From positions 26,080 to 90,079 of the forward strand of contig JAJCYR010000091.1 of NCBI GenBank assembly GCA_029262775.1: a DNA stretch of 64,000 nucleotides, read 5' to 3'. The notes below the pieces were generated by a model. It did not search any database, was not told where the DNA came from, and saw only the letters and a program-made list of their open reading frames with translations. Below are positions 37,886 to 46,937 of this stretch, piece after piece. The position numbers and the translations under genes are program-made. Positions within the stretch are counted from its first letter, which is position 1; each line of letters starts with the position of its first letter. This stretch comes from Bacteroidota bacterium. Lineage in GTDB: Bacteria; Bacteroidota; Rhodothermia; Rhodothermales; UBA10348.

Positions 37886-40099
37886 TCAGAGCTGGATCAC
37901 GTACGTCAGTTTGGCAATTCCCACGCGGTCGTTCAACAGGGCGTTCCGGACATCGAACTGGTCGTCTTCGCCCGTGAAATTATAACTCGTGTTGAACACG
38001 ATGAAGAGGTCCGCTCCCGGCGAATGAATCCAGTCAATACGGACGTTGGCCTGCAGATCGCCAGAAAAATTATCGTACTGAATAAGCGTGTTGGCGAACA
38101 GCTTACGGCTCCATGCGGCATTCAGGTTCATACCGAACGTGGTGGCGTTGAAGGCTCCGTTGGCCACTGGCAGGTCAAATTCCTGATGGGAGATGGTCGC
38201 ATCCATATTCAGATACTTTCCTGTCCGGAGCCCAATACCGGCCCGATAGGTTGTCCGGTCGCCCCCGAAGAACTCTGCATAGCGCAAATTGCCACTGGCC
38301 GAGAAGAACTTGCTGTTGTCTGTCCGGAACCCAATCGACCCCGAATTCGAGACGTAGTCCCGGGGCAGCAATTCGACGTCGCTGCGCAGGAAGAACGACT
38401 CCTCGAGGCGCTCGAAATTGCGTCCCAACGACCAGTTTATCCGGTCGTTTGTCCGAAAGCGGAAGTTGCCATTGAGTCCCAAATCGGAAGACTGTTTCTG
38501 GTTGTCCTGTCCGTTGATGAGTTGGGCGCTCGCCGAGACCGCGTAGGAGCGGAAAAACCCGTCTCCGAGAAACGGATTGTACGTGGCATTGGTCGCGTAA
38601 CTTTTCATGTCGCGGCGGCGCACGAAGCCGAGTGCCGGATTGAAACGCTTGCCCACGTTGTCGTGCGCCGCGCCCAGGGACCAGTCGGCAGATCTGAGAG
38701 CCAGGTTCACCGACCCCGCACCGTCCGACCTGTCGGGGTCCTTGTCCTCAATGCGCGAGAACCAGGCGGAAAACTCACTGTTGCCCCAAAAGCGGCGACG
38801 CAGGTCAGCACCGTACCCGCGGTTCCAGGAATTGTCCTGCTCCAGGTTGGTGAAAATCGCGCCGACGGTGGTACGGTCAATCACGTCCACCCGGGCCCGC
38901 AGTACGGTATTGTTGCCTCCCGGTAGGCCGAATTCATCGTTGTCGTCAGTCTGCAGATTCATGGCCCCGATCGATACCTTGTCGAACTGGCCGACGAGAC
39001 GACCACCGGCCAGTATATCGTTGGAGATCCCGATCCGCCGTGAGAAAAAGGTCTGCGTCTGCCCCGTATCACCAAACTCGAAAAGACCCTGTCGCTCCAG
39101 AAAAAATTCTCTTTTTTCGGGGAAAAACAGATTGAAACGGGTCAAATCAAGCTGCACGTTGTCCGATTCCACCTGCGCAAAGTCGGTGTTGACGGTCGCA
39201 TCGAACGTAAAATTGGGGGTCATGGCCCATTTCACGTCCAGACCAAGATCCTGATCGGTGTCGGTCTCGAAACCGTTTTCGGTAACACGCGACTTCTGCG
39301 CGCCTGAAATGACATACGGCTTGATAAGCACATTGCGTCCCGGCTTGACGCCTTCAATGCCCTCGAGGTCGGCGTACTGGGACACCTGGAATATCCCAGC
39401 GGAAAAACTGCGGGGAATGTAGGGCCAGAGCGAGCGCTCGCCCGTCCGGTTCAAAAACCGCATGATGGCCACGCCCATCGTCAATTCGTCCTCGTTGTCG
39501 AATCGAATGGTTTTGAACGGAATGGCCAACTCCACGTGCCAGCCATCGTCGGCAATGCGGCCCTCGCTCTCATAAATACCGTCCCACTGCCAGTCGCTGA
39601 ACGACATGCTTTCGTCCGTGATAATGGCATCGTCCTGCGTACCCAACACATTCGTCTCGAACAGATACGCGTTGCGATCGTCGTTGTACGTGTCGATCAG
39701 CAGCCAGAACATGTCGTCGTTTCCGTTCGGCCCGCCACGCTGCAGGTTGCGCGCCCGGATCTGATCCGGGTCGCTGTCATAGAAACTCAGACCGAAGTAG
39801 AGATTCTCCCGGTCATATGCAATACGCATGGCCGATGGCTGGCTCGGCGGTGCCCCATCAACGGGGTCAAGTTGGACGAAACTGTCGGCAACGGGCGTTT
39901 GCTTCCAGATCTCATCGTCCAGAATGCCATCGATCCGGGGTGCCTGATCAGCAAAAATGGCCTGAAGGCTGTTTTCGGAACCGATGGGCTGAACATGCAA
40001 CGTGGCGCCGCCATCCTGCGTCTGGGCGTGGAGGGGAACTGGCACCGCAAGCGCAACGCCCACGGTAAGAACTGCGAGGCGAGAGGTACAACGGATCAT
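37886..40099 (-). CDS. DUF5916 / CBM9-like outer membrane protein
   Basis: Signal peptide; PRIDGILDDEIW (CBM9-like), NTDFAQVESD...RFNLFFPEKREFFLE, FFSRRIG; barrel-like C-terminus. Confidence 0.85.
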   Translation of the reverse strand: MIRCTSRLAVLTVGVALAVPVPLHAQTQDGGATLHVQPIGSENSLQAIFADQAPRIDGILDDEIWKQTPVADSFVQLDPVDGAPPSQPSAMRIAYDRENLYFGLSFYDSDPDQIRARNLQRGGPNGNDDMFWLLIDTYNDDRNAYLFETNVLGTQDDAIITDESMSFSDWQWDGIYESEGRIADDGWHVELAIPFKTIRFDNEDELTMGVAIMRFLNRTGERSLWPYIPRSFSAGIFQVSQYADLEGIEGVKPGRNVLIKPYVISGAQKSRVTENGFETDTDQDLGLDVKWAMTPNFTFDATVNTDFAQVESDNVQLDLTRFNLFFPEKREFFLERQGLFEFGDTGQTQTFFSRRIGISNDILAGGRLVGQFDKVSIGAMNLQTDDNDEFGLPGGNNTVLRARVDVIDRTTVGAIFTNLEQDNSWNRGYGADLRRRFWGNSEFSAWFSRIEDKDPDRSDGAGSVNLALRSADWSLGAAHDNVGKRFNPALGFVRRRDMKSYATNATYNPFLGDGFFRSYAVSASAQLINGQDNQKQSSDLGLNGNFRFRTNDRINWSLGRNFERLEESFFLRSDVELLPRDYVSNSGSIGFRTDNSKFFSASGNLRYAEFFGGDRTTYRAGIGLRTGKYLNMDATISHQEFDLPVANGAFNATTFGMNLNAAWSRKLFANTLIQYDNFSGDLQANVRIDWIHSPGADLFIVFNTSYNFTGEDDQFDVRNALLNDRVGIAKLTYVIQL

Positions 40100-40216
40100 G
40101 AACCGGCTGGATCTGGGTGGATGCAATCGGATGTACCGTACGTTCACATTAGCTCCCAGGATTCACTCGCCGTTCATATTATGCGCCCGTCGCCCGTCGC
40201 CTGCTGCCGAGGACTG

Positions 40217-41032
40217 TCAGTTCAGGCGAACCAGCGGCAACACCCTGCTGAACGTCTCCCCCTCAACGCGTATCCAATACATGCCTCCCGCCAGTCCCTT
40301 CATGTCCACCCTGAAGGACTCGTCGGCCGATATCGATCCACTGTAGATTTTCGAAACCTCGCGACCCAGGATGTCGTGGAGGGTGATCCGCATCTGCTCC
40401 GTCCGTGCGAGGTGCACGTCAAACGAGGCGGCATCCCGAACCGGATTGGGGTAGACAGGCGAAATGGTGACGCCCGATGGGAGAGCCCCGTTGTCGTCCA
40501 CAGACGTTACAATGCCGTTCGGAGCGCCAGGAGACGGCTCGGCCGCCTCCCAATTGTCCGGGCCGAACACATTGAAACTGGCGCGGGCCATGGACTGCCC
40601 AGATGCCGGCGTGGTGACGAACGCACCGCTTTCCCAGAAACCGTTCGACACGGCCAGGGGCTCGCGCGTATGATTCCCGGATCCGTACTCCATATAGTCG
40701 ATCATGCTGTCTGCGTCTCCAAAATCGGACGTTCCGGGCACATAGAGCCCGACCTCTCCACTCGCAGGAGCCAGCGCGCTGAAGGACACGGCCAGATACT
40801 CTCCCGGCGCGAGCAGGCGATTGCCCGCGACCATATTCAGCCCCTGAATGGATGCGTAAGTGGGGAATTGACACAGGAAATAGGCCCCCGTATCGATGGC
40901 TTCGGTACCCGCATTGACAAGTTCGACCCATTCTTCCTCGGCGTGAACCTCGCTGATCATGAGGCCGGCGGTCTGGGCCCGCGAGGGGGACGTGAACAGG
41001 ATCAGAAAAGAGAGCAGTATCGCGTTACGCAT
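40217..41032 (-). CDS. T9SS type A sorting domain-containing secreted protein (lamin-tail-like N-domain)
   Basis: Signal peptide; ISEV...WVELVN; PSPGAPN; C-terminal VYPNPV...DILGREV...LAGGMYWIRV. Confidence 0.85.
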   Translation of the reverse strand: MRNAILLSFLILFTSPSRAQTAGLMISEVHAEEEWVELVNAGTEAIDTGAYFLCQFPTYASIQGLNMVAGNRLLAPGEYLAVSFSALAPASGEVGLYVPGTSDFGDADSMIDYMEYGSGNHTREPLAVSNGFWESGAFVTTPASGQSMARASFNVFGPDNWEAAEPSPGAPNGIVTSVDDNGALPSGVTISPVYPNPVRDAASFDVHLARTEQMRITLHDILGREVSKIYSGSISADESFRVDMKGLAGGMYWIRVEGETFSRVLPLVRLN

Positions 41033-41163
41033 GTAGTTGTTCGGAGATGTGGATTTTCGGGCTGGAAGTAGTCACAGGAGAGAAGATCGTCACCCATGGG
41101 TACTTTGGATGTTCAATTTATTACATTGCAAGCGTCGTATCCATCCAAAAATCTGTCCCTACC

Positions 41164-41889
41164 ATGCATCCCGTTCCCACCACGCGTTCTGTCACGTCCA
41201 TACGTATGCTCCCCGCCGGCCTGCTTTTCGGCCTGGGTGCTCTCCTCTTGGCAGCATGTGCCCAGCCGGACACACCCCCCTCCATGGAACCGGAGTCTGC
41301 CTCTGACGCCCAGACTGCCGTTACGGTGGCCGACAACATGTCGTTTTTTATTACGAGCCGGAATCCGGGGGCAGGAGCCGATCTGGGCGGCCTTGACGGC
41401 GCCGATGCGCTGTGCCAGTCGCTCGCAGAGGATGTCGGCGCGGGAGACGGGACGTGGCGCGCGTATCTGAGCACGACGACCATCCATGCGCGTGACCGCA
41501 TTGGCAGCGGACCCTGGGTAAACGCTGCAGGCGTCCAGGTCGCGGCCAATCTTGACCAACTACATGGAGATAATTTTCTGACGAAGGCCACGCAGCTGAC
41601 CGAACGCGGCGACACGCTCAACGGCCGCGGCGACGCGCCCAACATGCACGATATTCTGACGGGCTCCCGCTTGGATGGCACCTCGTTTGGAGACGACGAG
41701 ACGGACCACACGTGCGGCGACTGGACAAGCTCTGCCGAAGACGGCAGCGCCCAGGTAGGTCATCATGACCGCACGGGTGGCGGTGCCAACCCCGAATCCT
41801 GGAATTCAGCGCATCCTTCCCGCGGTTGCAGCCTGGAAAACCTTCGGGCTACTGGCGGTGACGGCCGGTTTTACTGCTTCGCCAACTGA
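41164..41889 (+). CDS. Lipoprotein with lectin/endostatin-like Cys-containing domain
   Basis: Lipobox LLAAC; FFITS...LGGLDGADALCQ...WRAYLS...HDILTGS...CGDWTS...FYCFA. Confidence 0.7.
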   Translation: MHPVPTTRSVTSIRMLPAGLLFGLGALLLAACAQPDTPPSMEPESASDAQTAVTVADNMSFFITSRNPGAGADLGGLDGADALCQSLAEDVGAGDGTWRAYLSTTTIHARDRIGSGPWVNAAGVQVAANLDQLHGDNFLTKATQLTERGDTLNGRGDAPNMHDILTGSRLDGTSFGDDETDHTCGDWTSSAEDGSAQVGHHDRTGGGANPESWNSAHPSRGCSLENLRATGGDGRFYCFAN

Positions 41890-41916
41890 TCTTCCAGAAG
41901 GGCGCGCTCTGATTTT

Positions 41917-42621
41917 TCAACAGCCTTCCAGCACCCGCTTGAACAGCACGTTGTTCTCCAGGTGTACGTGGGCGTGCAGGTCTTCCTCAAACTCCTCGAG
42001 GCCGGCATAAGCAGCGCGAAACGTATTGCAGGCACCTTCAGGGGGCGTAAAGTCATGCGTCAACTCGCGTAGGCGGGCCATGGCACTCCCCGCGGCCTCG
42101 TGCTCCGATTCCAACCCGCTGATCAACTCGGACAGGTTTTCCACAGAATCACCGCTCGTAACGAGGGGAAAGACGCGCTGCTCTTCGTCATCCATGTGCG
42201 CCTCCAGTTCCTCTGCCAGGCCCGAGAAGACATCCCGGATTTCCGCGAGTTCTGTATAGTGGTGCCCATGCACGGCCGCTACGCGCCTGGTGAAGGCCTT
42301 CAGTACCGGAATGCGTTCACGGACCCATGTGTGGTGCTCGTTAACGATATAGTCGGACAGGAATGCCGGTGACCATGAGCCCGCCTGGGACGGAACGCTC
42401 CGCCCCGATGCGGCCTGGGCGGACGCGAGTGCCTGGTGCAGCGTTTCTGGTGCAATACCTTTGGCTGCACATACATCGGCCACGGTTTTGCCGCCCCCGC
42501 AGCAGAAGTCTATACCAAACTGTTTGAAGACGATACCCCGTCTGAAGTCTTCCGACACGAGGTCTGCTATGGTGCGCTCCGTGAAGGGAGCCGTCGCGGG
42601 TTGGGACTGAATGATTTCCAT
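41917..42621 (-). CDS. ric: Iron-sulfur cluster repair di-iron protein (Ric/ScdA/YtfE)
   Basis: GIDFCCGG, IVNEHH, VHG, HMDDEE, EHEAAG, ACNTF, HVHLENNVLF. Confidence 0.95.
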   Translation of the reverse strand: MEIIQSQPATAPFTERTIADLVSEDFRRGIVFKQFGIDFCCGGGKTVADVCAAKGIAPETLHQALASAQAASGRSVPSQAGSWSPAFLSDYIVNEHHTWVRERIPVLKAFTRRVAAVHGHHYTELAEIRDVFSGLAEELEAHMDDEEQRVFPLVTSGDSVENLSELISGLESEHEAAGSAMARLRELTHDFTPPEGACNTFRAAYAGLEEFEEDLHAHVHLENNVLFKRVLEGC

Positions 42622-42663
42622 GGCCGTACGGTGCGTTATGAAAAGTGGAGATCGTTTTGTAGA

Positions 42664-42686
42664 ATAAAGACTCGTTTGTCCTCTGT
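42664..42686. promoter_or_regulatory. Candidate operator upstream of ric (same motif as nirK/eNOR)
   Basis: ATAAAGACTCGTTTGTCCTCTGT, 42 bp upstream of the ric start. Confidence 0.55.
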
Positions 42687-42736
42687 TGCTCTCTACCCGC
42701 TGCTTTACGCTGCGTTCCATGTAATCAGTGTGAACA

Positions 42737-43690
42737 TCACGTGTTCTGATGAGCCGCGTTTCGGTCCCTGCCGGTCAGTGTAATGAGCCCAAAGAGCGTC
42801 AGGTTAAGCAGTTTATCGAGTCCCGCAGCGACTACCAGCATGCTTGCCAGCGGGGCCTGCGCCACACTGAGTGGTCCGGACAGTCCAAGGCCGATACTGG
42901 TGAATACCAGCATCTGGTTGGGCAGGAACGGAATACGGGACAGGATAATACTGACAGCCGCATACGTGAACCACACTGTCAAGGGCACATCGGGCATGAC
43001 GACGGCCCACATTCCGATCTGGAGTATTTGGCCGGTAATGAGCCGCCCGACCTGGATGAGCAGAATAATCCCGGCCGTTCGCCACTCCATACTGAAGAGA
43101 AAGTGCCGAAAACGGATCCATAATGGAATCAGGATTACAAATCCAACCACAGAGAGCAAAAACCACATGACCATACGCTCTCCCACCAGACGGTCCAGTG
43201 ACAACTCACCCGCTGTCAGGAAAATACTCACCAGGACTACCGACACGACGGTCGATGCCACCGACGAAATAATGTTGTTGTCACGAATGGTCTCGGCAAT
43301 GGCACGCTTCGGCAGTCCTACCTGTTTTCTCGCCCACTCAAAGAAATAGACTTCACCCGAATATCCAACGACATCCTTGTTGAAAATCCGTTTCTTTATA
43401 AAGGCCGGAAACGCTTTGAGAACATCAAACTCCCACGTTACTCTGTAAATGAACGACTCTGCAACTGGAAGCAACACGTACAATAAGAGGAAAAGCAGAT
43501 AGAAAAGCGGATGAACCGGTAGATTTCGAAACACCTCCGACCAGCCGACCGACGTGAGTTGCCATCCGAGGAGCACCAGAATACCCACCAGCAATACCAC
43601 CCGAAGTGTGCTGACAAACGCATGACCTGCGCGGGTCTCGCGAAAGCGCCGCCACTTCTCAAACGCAGTCTGAAATTGAACGTATGTCAT
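42737..43690 (-). CDS. Polytopic membrane protein, possibly LPG-synthase TM / flippase-like
   Basis: About 8 TM; IFNKDVVGYSGEVY and ILSRIPFLPN segments; family call tentative. Confidence 0.55.
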   Translation of the reverse strand: MTYVQFQTAFEKWRRFRETRAGHAFVSTLRVVLLVGILVLLGWQLTSVGWSEVFRNLPVHPLFYLLFLLLYVLLPVAESFIYRVTWEFDVLKAFPAFIKKRIFNKDVVGYSGEVYFFEWARKQVGLPKRAIAETIRDNNIISSVASTVVSVVLVSIFLTAGELSLDRLVGERMVMWFLLSVVGFVILIPLWIRFRHFLFSMEWRTAGIILLIQVGRLITGQILQIGMWAVVMPDVPLTVWFTYAAVSIILSRIPFLPNQMLVFTSIGLGLSGPLSVAQAPLASMLVVAAGLDKLLNLTLFGLITLTGRDRNAAHQNT

Positions 43691-44157
43691 ATCTGAACAG
43701 GGCAAAAAAATGGCTACTGGGCACGTTCCTGGTCTACGCCGTTTTGGTCAGCACGAATTTAGGGGAATTCTGGCCGTTTTCCATTTATCCAATGTTCTCA
43801 CAAGCCGGCAACCCTTGGGTGAGGGCTGTGGTCCGGGATATATCGGATAACGATACCGACACCATTCTATGGGAACCGACGTCGCGGGACCAGATTCTGG
43901 GCCTACCCTTCGCCGTCGAGCCCACGGGAATCAACCAGAATGACGTGGCAAATTTCGTATCCAAGTCCCGCGACTGGACGCCCCGTCGCACTGCCGCGCT
44001 TCGCAAACTGTTCCATACCAACCTGGCCGATCGCTCCCTCCTCATATACCGTGTCACAGGTGAACTCAGTGAAGACCGGTCCATCTCGGTGCGCTACGAG
44101 CCCTATATCGTCATGACGCCCGACACCACCATCCTACATCCGGAGATGACGCCATGA
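43684..44157 (+). CDS. Membrane-anchored hypothetical protein (WPFSxYPMFS motif), partner of the HTTM-like protein
   Basis: One TM, then GEFWPFSIYPMFS; ATGA-coupled to the next gene. Confidence 0.7.
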   Translation: MSYLNRAKKWLLGTFLVYAVLVSTNLGEFWPFSIYPMFSQAGNPWVRAVVRDISDNDTDTILWEPTSRDQILGLPFAVEPTGINQNDVANFVSKSRDWTPRRTAALRKLFHTNLADRSLLIYRVTGELSEDRSISVRYEPYIVMTPDTTILHPEMTP

Positions 44158-45047
44158 TGGAACGTATCATGCACATGCTGTTCCAGCCCGAACGTGTTGA
44201 AACGAGAGGCGAGATCCTGTTCTTCCGGATCTTCGAGGTTGTCATGGTCGGCTGGGCCCTCTGGTTCGGCTGGGAGTGGGGACGCTATATTCCGAATATT
44301 TCCGACGTGGTCCTGCCCCTCGGAATCGCCCGCTTCGTGGATATTTCGTTCATGTTCGATAACAATCTCTCTCTGGTCAACGCCGGCCTCATGTCGGTGG
44401 CGGCGCTCGTCGGTTTCTTCCGGCTGCACCGTAGCGGCTACATGCTGCTCGCAGTGTTTTTCCATCTGCAGTACGTGTCGCGCTACAGTCTCGGAGAAAT
44501 TTCCCATGGCTCGAACGTCGTGGGGCTTACCGCCGTTGCTCTGGGATTGGCGTACCTTGCCTTCCGGGAGGAGCAGCACAGTCGCCGGTTCGCCCTCGGC
44601 GTCATCATCTTCTTCCTGGGGCTTGGCTACACGACGGCCGCCATGTCCAAACTCATCGCATCCGGTCCCTTCTGGGTAGATGGCGGCCACATGTGGATGT
44701 GGATCCAGGAACGAACGGTCGATGTCTTCTCCAAGTCAGGGGAAATCAACATCAACCGCCTCCAGCAGTTCGTGCTGGATCAGTATCCGCTCGCCACGGC
44801 CATCCTGACTTTCGGCATTCTGACAGAATTGGTTGGTGTGCTCATCTGGTCCCCCCGTCTTCGCCCGTGGATCATGACGCTGCTCATTGCCATGCATATC
44901 GGCATTTTCATGTCCATGCAGATCAATTTTCCCGCCAACAACGCCATCCTGTTGCTGCTCGCCTACCCCTGGGCTGGCCTTATTGATCGCCTTCTGGAAG
45001 GCCCTCACTTCTTGAACGGCCTTCCAGGCAGCACCGCCTCCGCGTAA
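44154..45047 (+). CDS. HTTM-like membrane protein (vitamin K-dependent carboxylase / SdpB-related TM domain)
   Basis: GEISHG, YTTAAMSKL...GPFWVDG, TELVG, MHIGIFMSMQINF. Confidence 0.6.
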   Translation: MMERIMHMLFQPERVETRGEILFFRIFEVVMVGWALWFGWEWGRYIPNISDVVLPLGIARFVDISFMFDNNLSLVNAGLMSVAALVGFFRLHRSGYMLLAVFFHLQYVSRYSLGEISHGSNVVGLTAVALGLAYLAFREEQHSRRFALGVIIFFLGLGYTTAAMSKLIASGPFWVDGGHMWMWIQERTVDVFSKSGEININRLQQFVLDQYPLATAILTFGILTELVGVLIWSPRLRPWIMTLLIAMHIGIFMSMQINFPANNAILLLLAYPWAGLIDRLLEGPHFLNGLPGSTASA

Positions 45048-46201
45048 TGCACATACTCGTCGTCACCCAGGACTTTCCACCCGACGTCGGCGGCACGCAA
45101 ACCTACGCGGCAGAGGTTGCCCGCGGTCTGGCGCGGCACGGTCACCGCATCAGCGTCGTATGTCCGGATCGGCCGGATGCCCCGCCGCACGACAACGAGT
45201 TCGCCGCTGCTGGCGTGCACACGATCCGCGTGGCATCGAACCAGGACACGTTTCCCATCAAGGCCGTGCCCGCCGTACGGCGCCTCATGGCGGAGGCTAC
45301 CGTTGACGTCGCGTTTGCCGTGGCCTGGCCATCGGCGCTCGCGCTTCTCATGGCGGGTGTGCGTCGCCACCACATTCCCATCGCCCTTGCCGCACACGGC
45401 CGCGAACTCCTGCTTGAACCCGTGCGCGTACCCGGAGGGCAGGCCGTGTACAACGCCCTCCGACGCCGCATCGTCCGCAGCGCCGACCTTCTGCTGCCGG
45501 TGAGTCGCTATACAGCCTCCCTCCTGGTCCCGTTCGGCGTTCTCGCCATGCAGATCCAGATCGTCAACAACGGCACCGACCCTTCTGTTTTTTTTCCGGT
45601 CGATACGGCGGAGTGCGCTGCCCTTCGGGCAAAACTGGGCCTGCCCGATGGGCCCCTGATTCTGACCGTCAGCCGACTCGTGGGCCGAAAGGGGGTGAAT
45701 ACGGTGCTTGAGGCCTTTCCGGGTGTGCTTTGTACACATCCCCGTGCCTCCTACGTCGTGGCGGGCGACGGGCCGGACCGGGATGCCCTCGTTGCACTCG
45801 CCAGCCGCCTCGGGATCTCGGAGCGCGTCCATTTCCTGGGCCGTATTCCGTACGCCGAGCTTCGCACCCTCTACTCGGCGGCCGACGTGTTCGTGTTGCC
45901 AGCGCGGGAGGCGCGTCCCGATGTGGAGGGATTCGGGATCGTGTTCCTGGAGGCCAACGCGTGCGCTACGCCGGTAATCGGCGCCGACACAGGCGGTATT
46001 CCAGATGCCATTGAACACGGCCATACCGGACTGCTTATACCTCCCGACGACGCTGCTGCGCTGGGAAAGGCACTGTCGGGGCTACTCGCAGATCCGGAGC
46101 GAGCGGCAGCCATGGGCGCAGCCGGTAGAAAGCGGGTCGTAGACGCCTTCAACTGGCAATGCGCCGCTGATCATATTGAAGCACGTCTCTCCCACCTGTA
46201 G
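45047..46201 (+). CDS. Glycosyltransferase family 4 (PimB-like)
   Basis: DFPPDVGG, AHGRE, VSRYT, RLVGRKG, EGFGIVFLEA. Confidence 0.92.
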   Translation: MHILVVTQDFPPDVGGTQTYAAEVARGLARHGHRISVVCPDRPDAPPHDNEFAAAGVHTIRVASNQDTFPIKAVPAVRRLMAEATVDVAFAVAWPSALALLMAGVRRHHIPIALAAHGRELLLEPVRVPGGQAVYNALRRRIVRSADLLLPVSRYTASLLVPFGVLAMQIQIVNNGTDPSVFFPVDTAECAALRAKLGLPDGPLILTVSRLVGRKGVNTVLEAFPGVLCTHPRASYVVAGDGPDRDALVALASRLGISERVHFLGRIPYAELRTLYSAADVFVLPAREARPDVEGFGIVFLEANACATPVIGADTGGIPDAIEHGHTGLLIPPDDAAALGKALSGLLADPERAAAMGAAGRKRVVDAFNWQCAADHIEARLSHL

Positions 46202-46213
46202 CCCGACATTGCC

Positions 46214-46930
46214 ATGTTTTTTCGCCGGATTCCCGCCCGTCCCGCTTTTTCCATCCTTGCCGCCAGCGCGGTTGTCGTCTGGGGGTGCACGACAAACCCC
46301 GAAACACCCGCAACCCAATTCGTGGCCATTTCGGACGCCGTTCCGGACGCTGTGCTGGATATCCGGTATGCCGGACCGAAGAACTTTCTGGGCCTACCCG
46401 TGCGCGGATACGAAGGCCCGGAGTGCCTGCTCACGCCCGAAGCAGCCAAGTCCCTGAAACGGGCGGCTGCTGCCCTCTCCCGTGCCACGCCCGGCAGCTC
46501 CCGACACAGCCTGCAGCTCCATGTTTTTGACTGCTTCCGGCCACAACGCGCCGTGGACCACTTCGTCACATGGGCCGCGGACGCAGCCGACACACTGGAA
46601 AAGTCGGAGTATTACCCTGACGTACCCAAAGACAGCCTGTTTGCCCACGGCTACATTGCAGCCCGCTCCGGCCACAGCCGCGGTAGCACCATCGACCTCA
46701 GTCTGTCCCGGGAGGGCGTGCTGCTCGACATGGGTACCCCGTTCGATTACTTCGACCCCACGTCAGCGACCGCCGACACGACGATTTCAGGTATTGCCCA
46801 GGCCAACCGCACCTTGCTCAAGGCCCTCATGGAAGAGGCGGGGTTCCGGAATTACAGCGCTGAGTGGTGGCATTATACGCTCATCGACGAGCCATGGCCG
46901 GATGTGTACTTCGACGGTTTGGTGCGGTGA
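46214..46930 (+). CDS. D-alanyl-D-alanine dipeptidase (M15, DdpX/VanX-like), lipoprotein
   Basis: DIRYA..NF, FDCFRPQRAV, SGHSRGSTID, DMGTPFD, EWWHY. Confidence 0.92.
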   Translation: MFFRRIPARPAFSILAASAVVVWGCTTNPETPATQFVAISDAVPDAVLDIRYAGPKNFLGLPVRGYEGPECLLTPEAAKSLKRAAAALSRATPGSSRHSLQLHVFDCFRPQRAVDHFVTWAADAADTLEKSEYYPDVPKDSLFAHGYIAARSGHSRGSTIDLSLSREGVLLDMGTPFDYFDPTSATADTTISGIAQANRTLLKALMEEAGFRNYSAEWWHYTLIDEPWPDVYFDGLVR

Positions 46931-46937
46931 AAATGGG

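Noticed and set aside
46214-46930. Vancomycin resistance cluster (vanX)
   Set aside because: No vanH, vanA or vanRS; a lipoprotein DdpX-type dipeptidase in a diderm context
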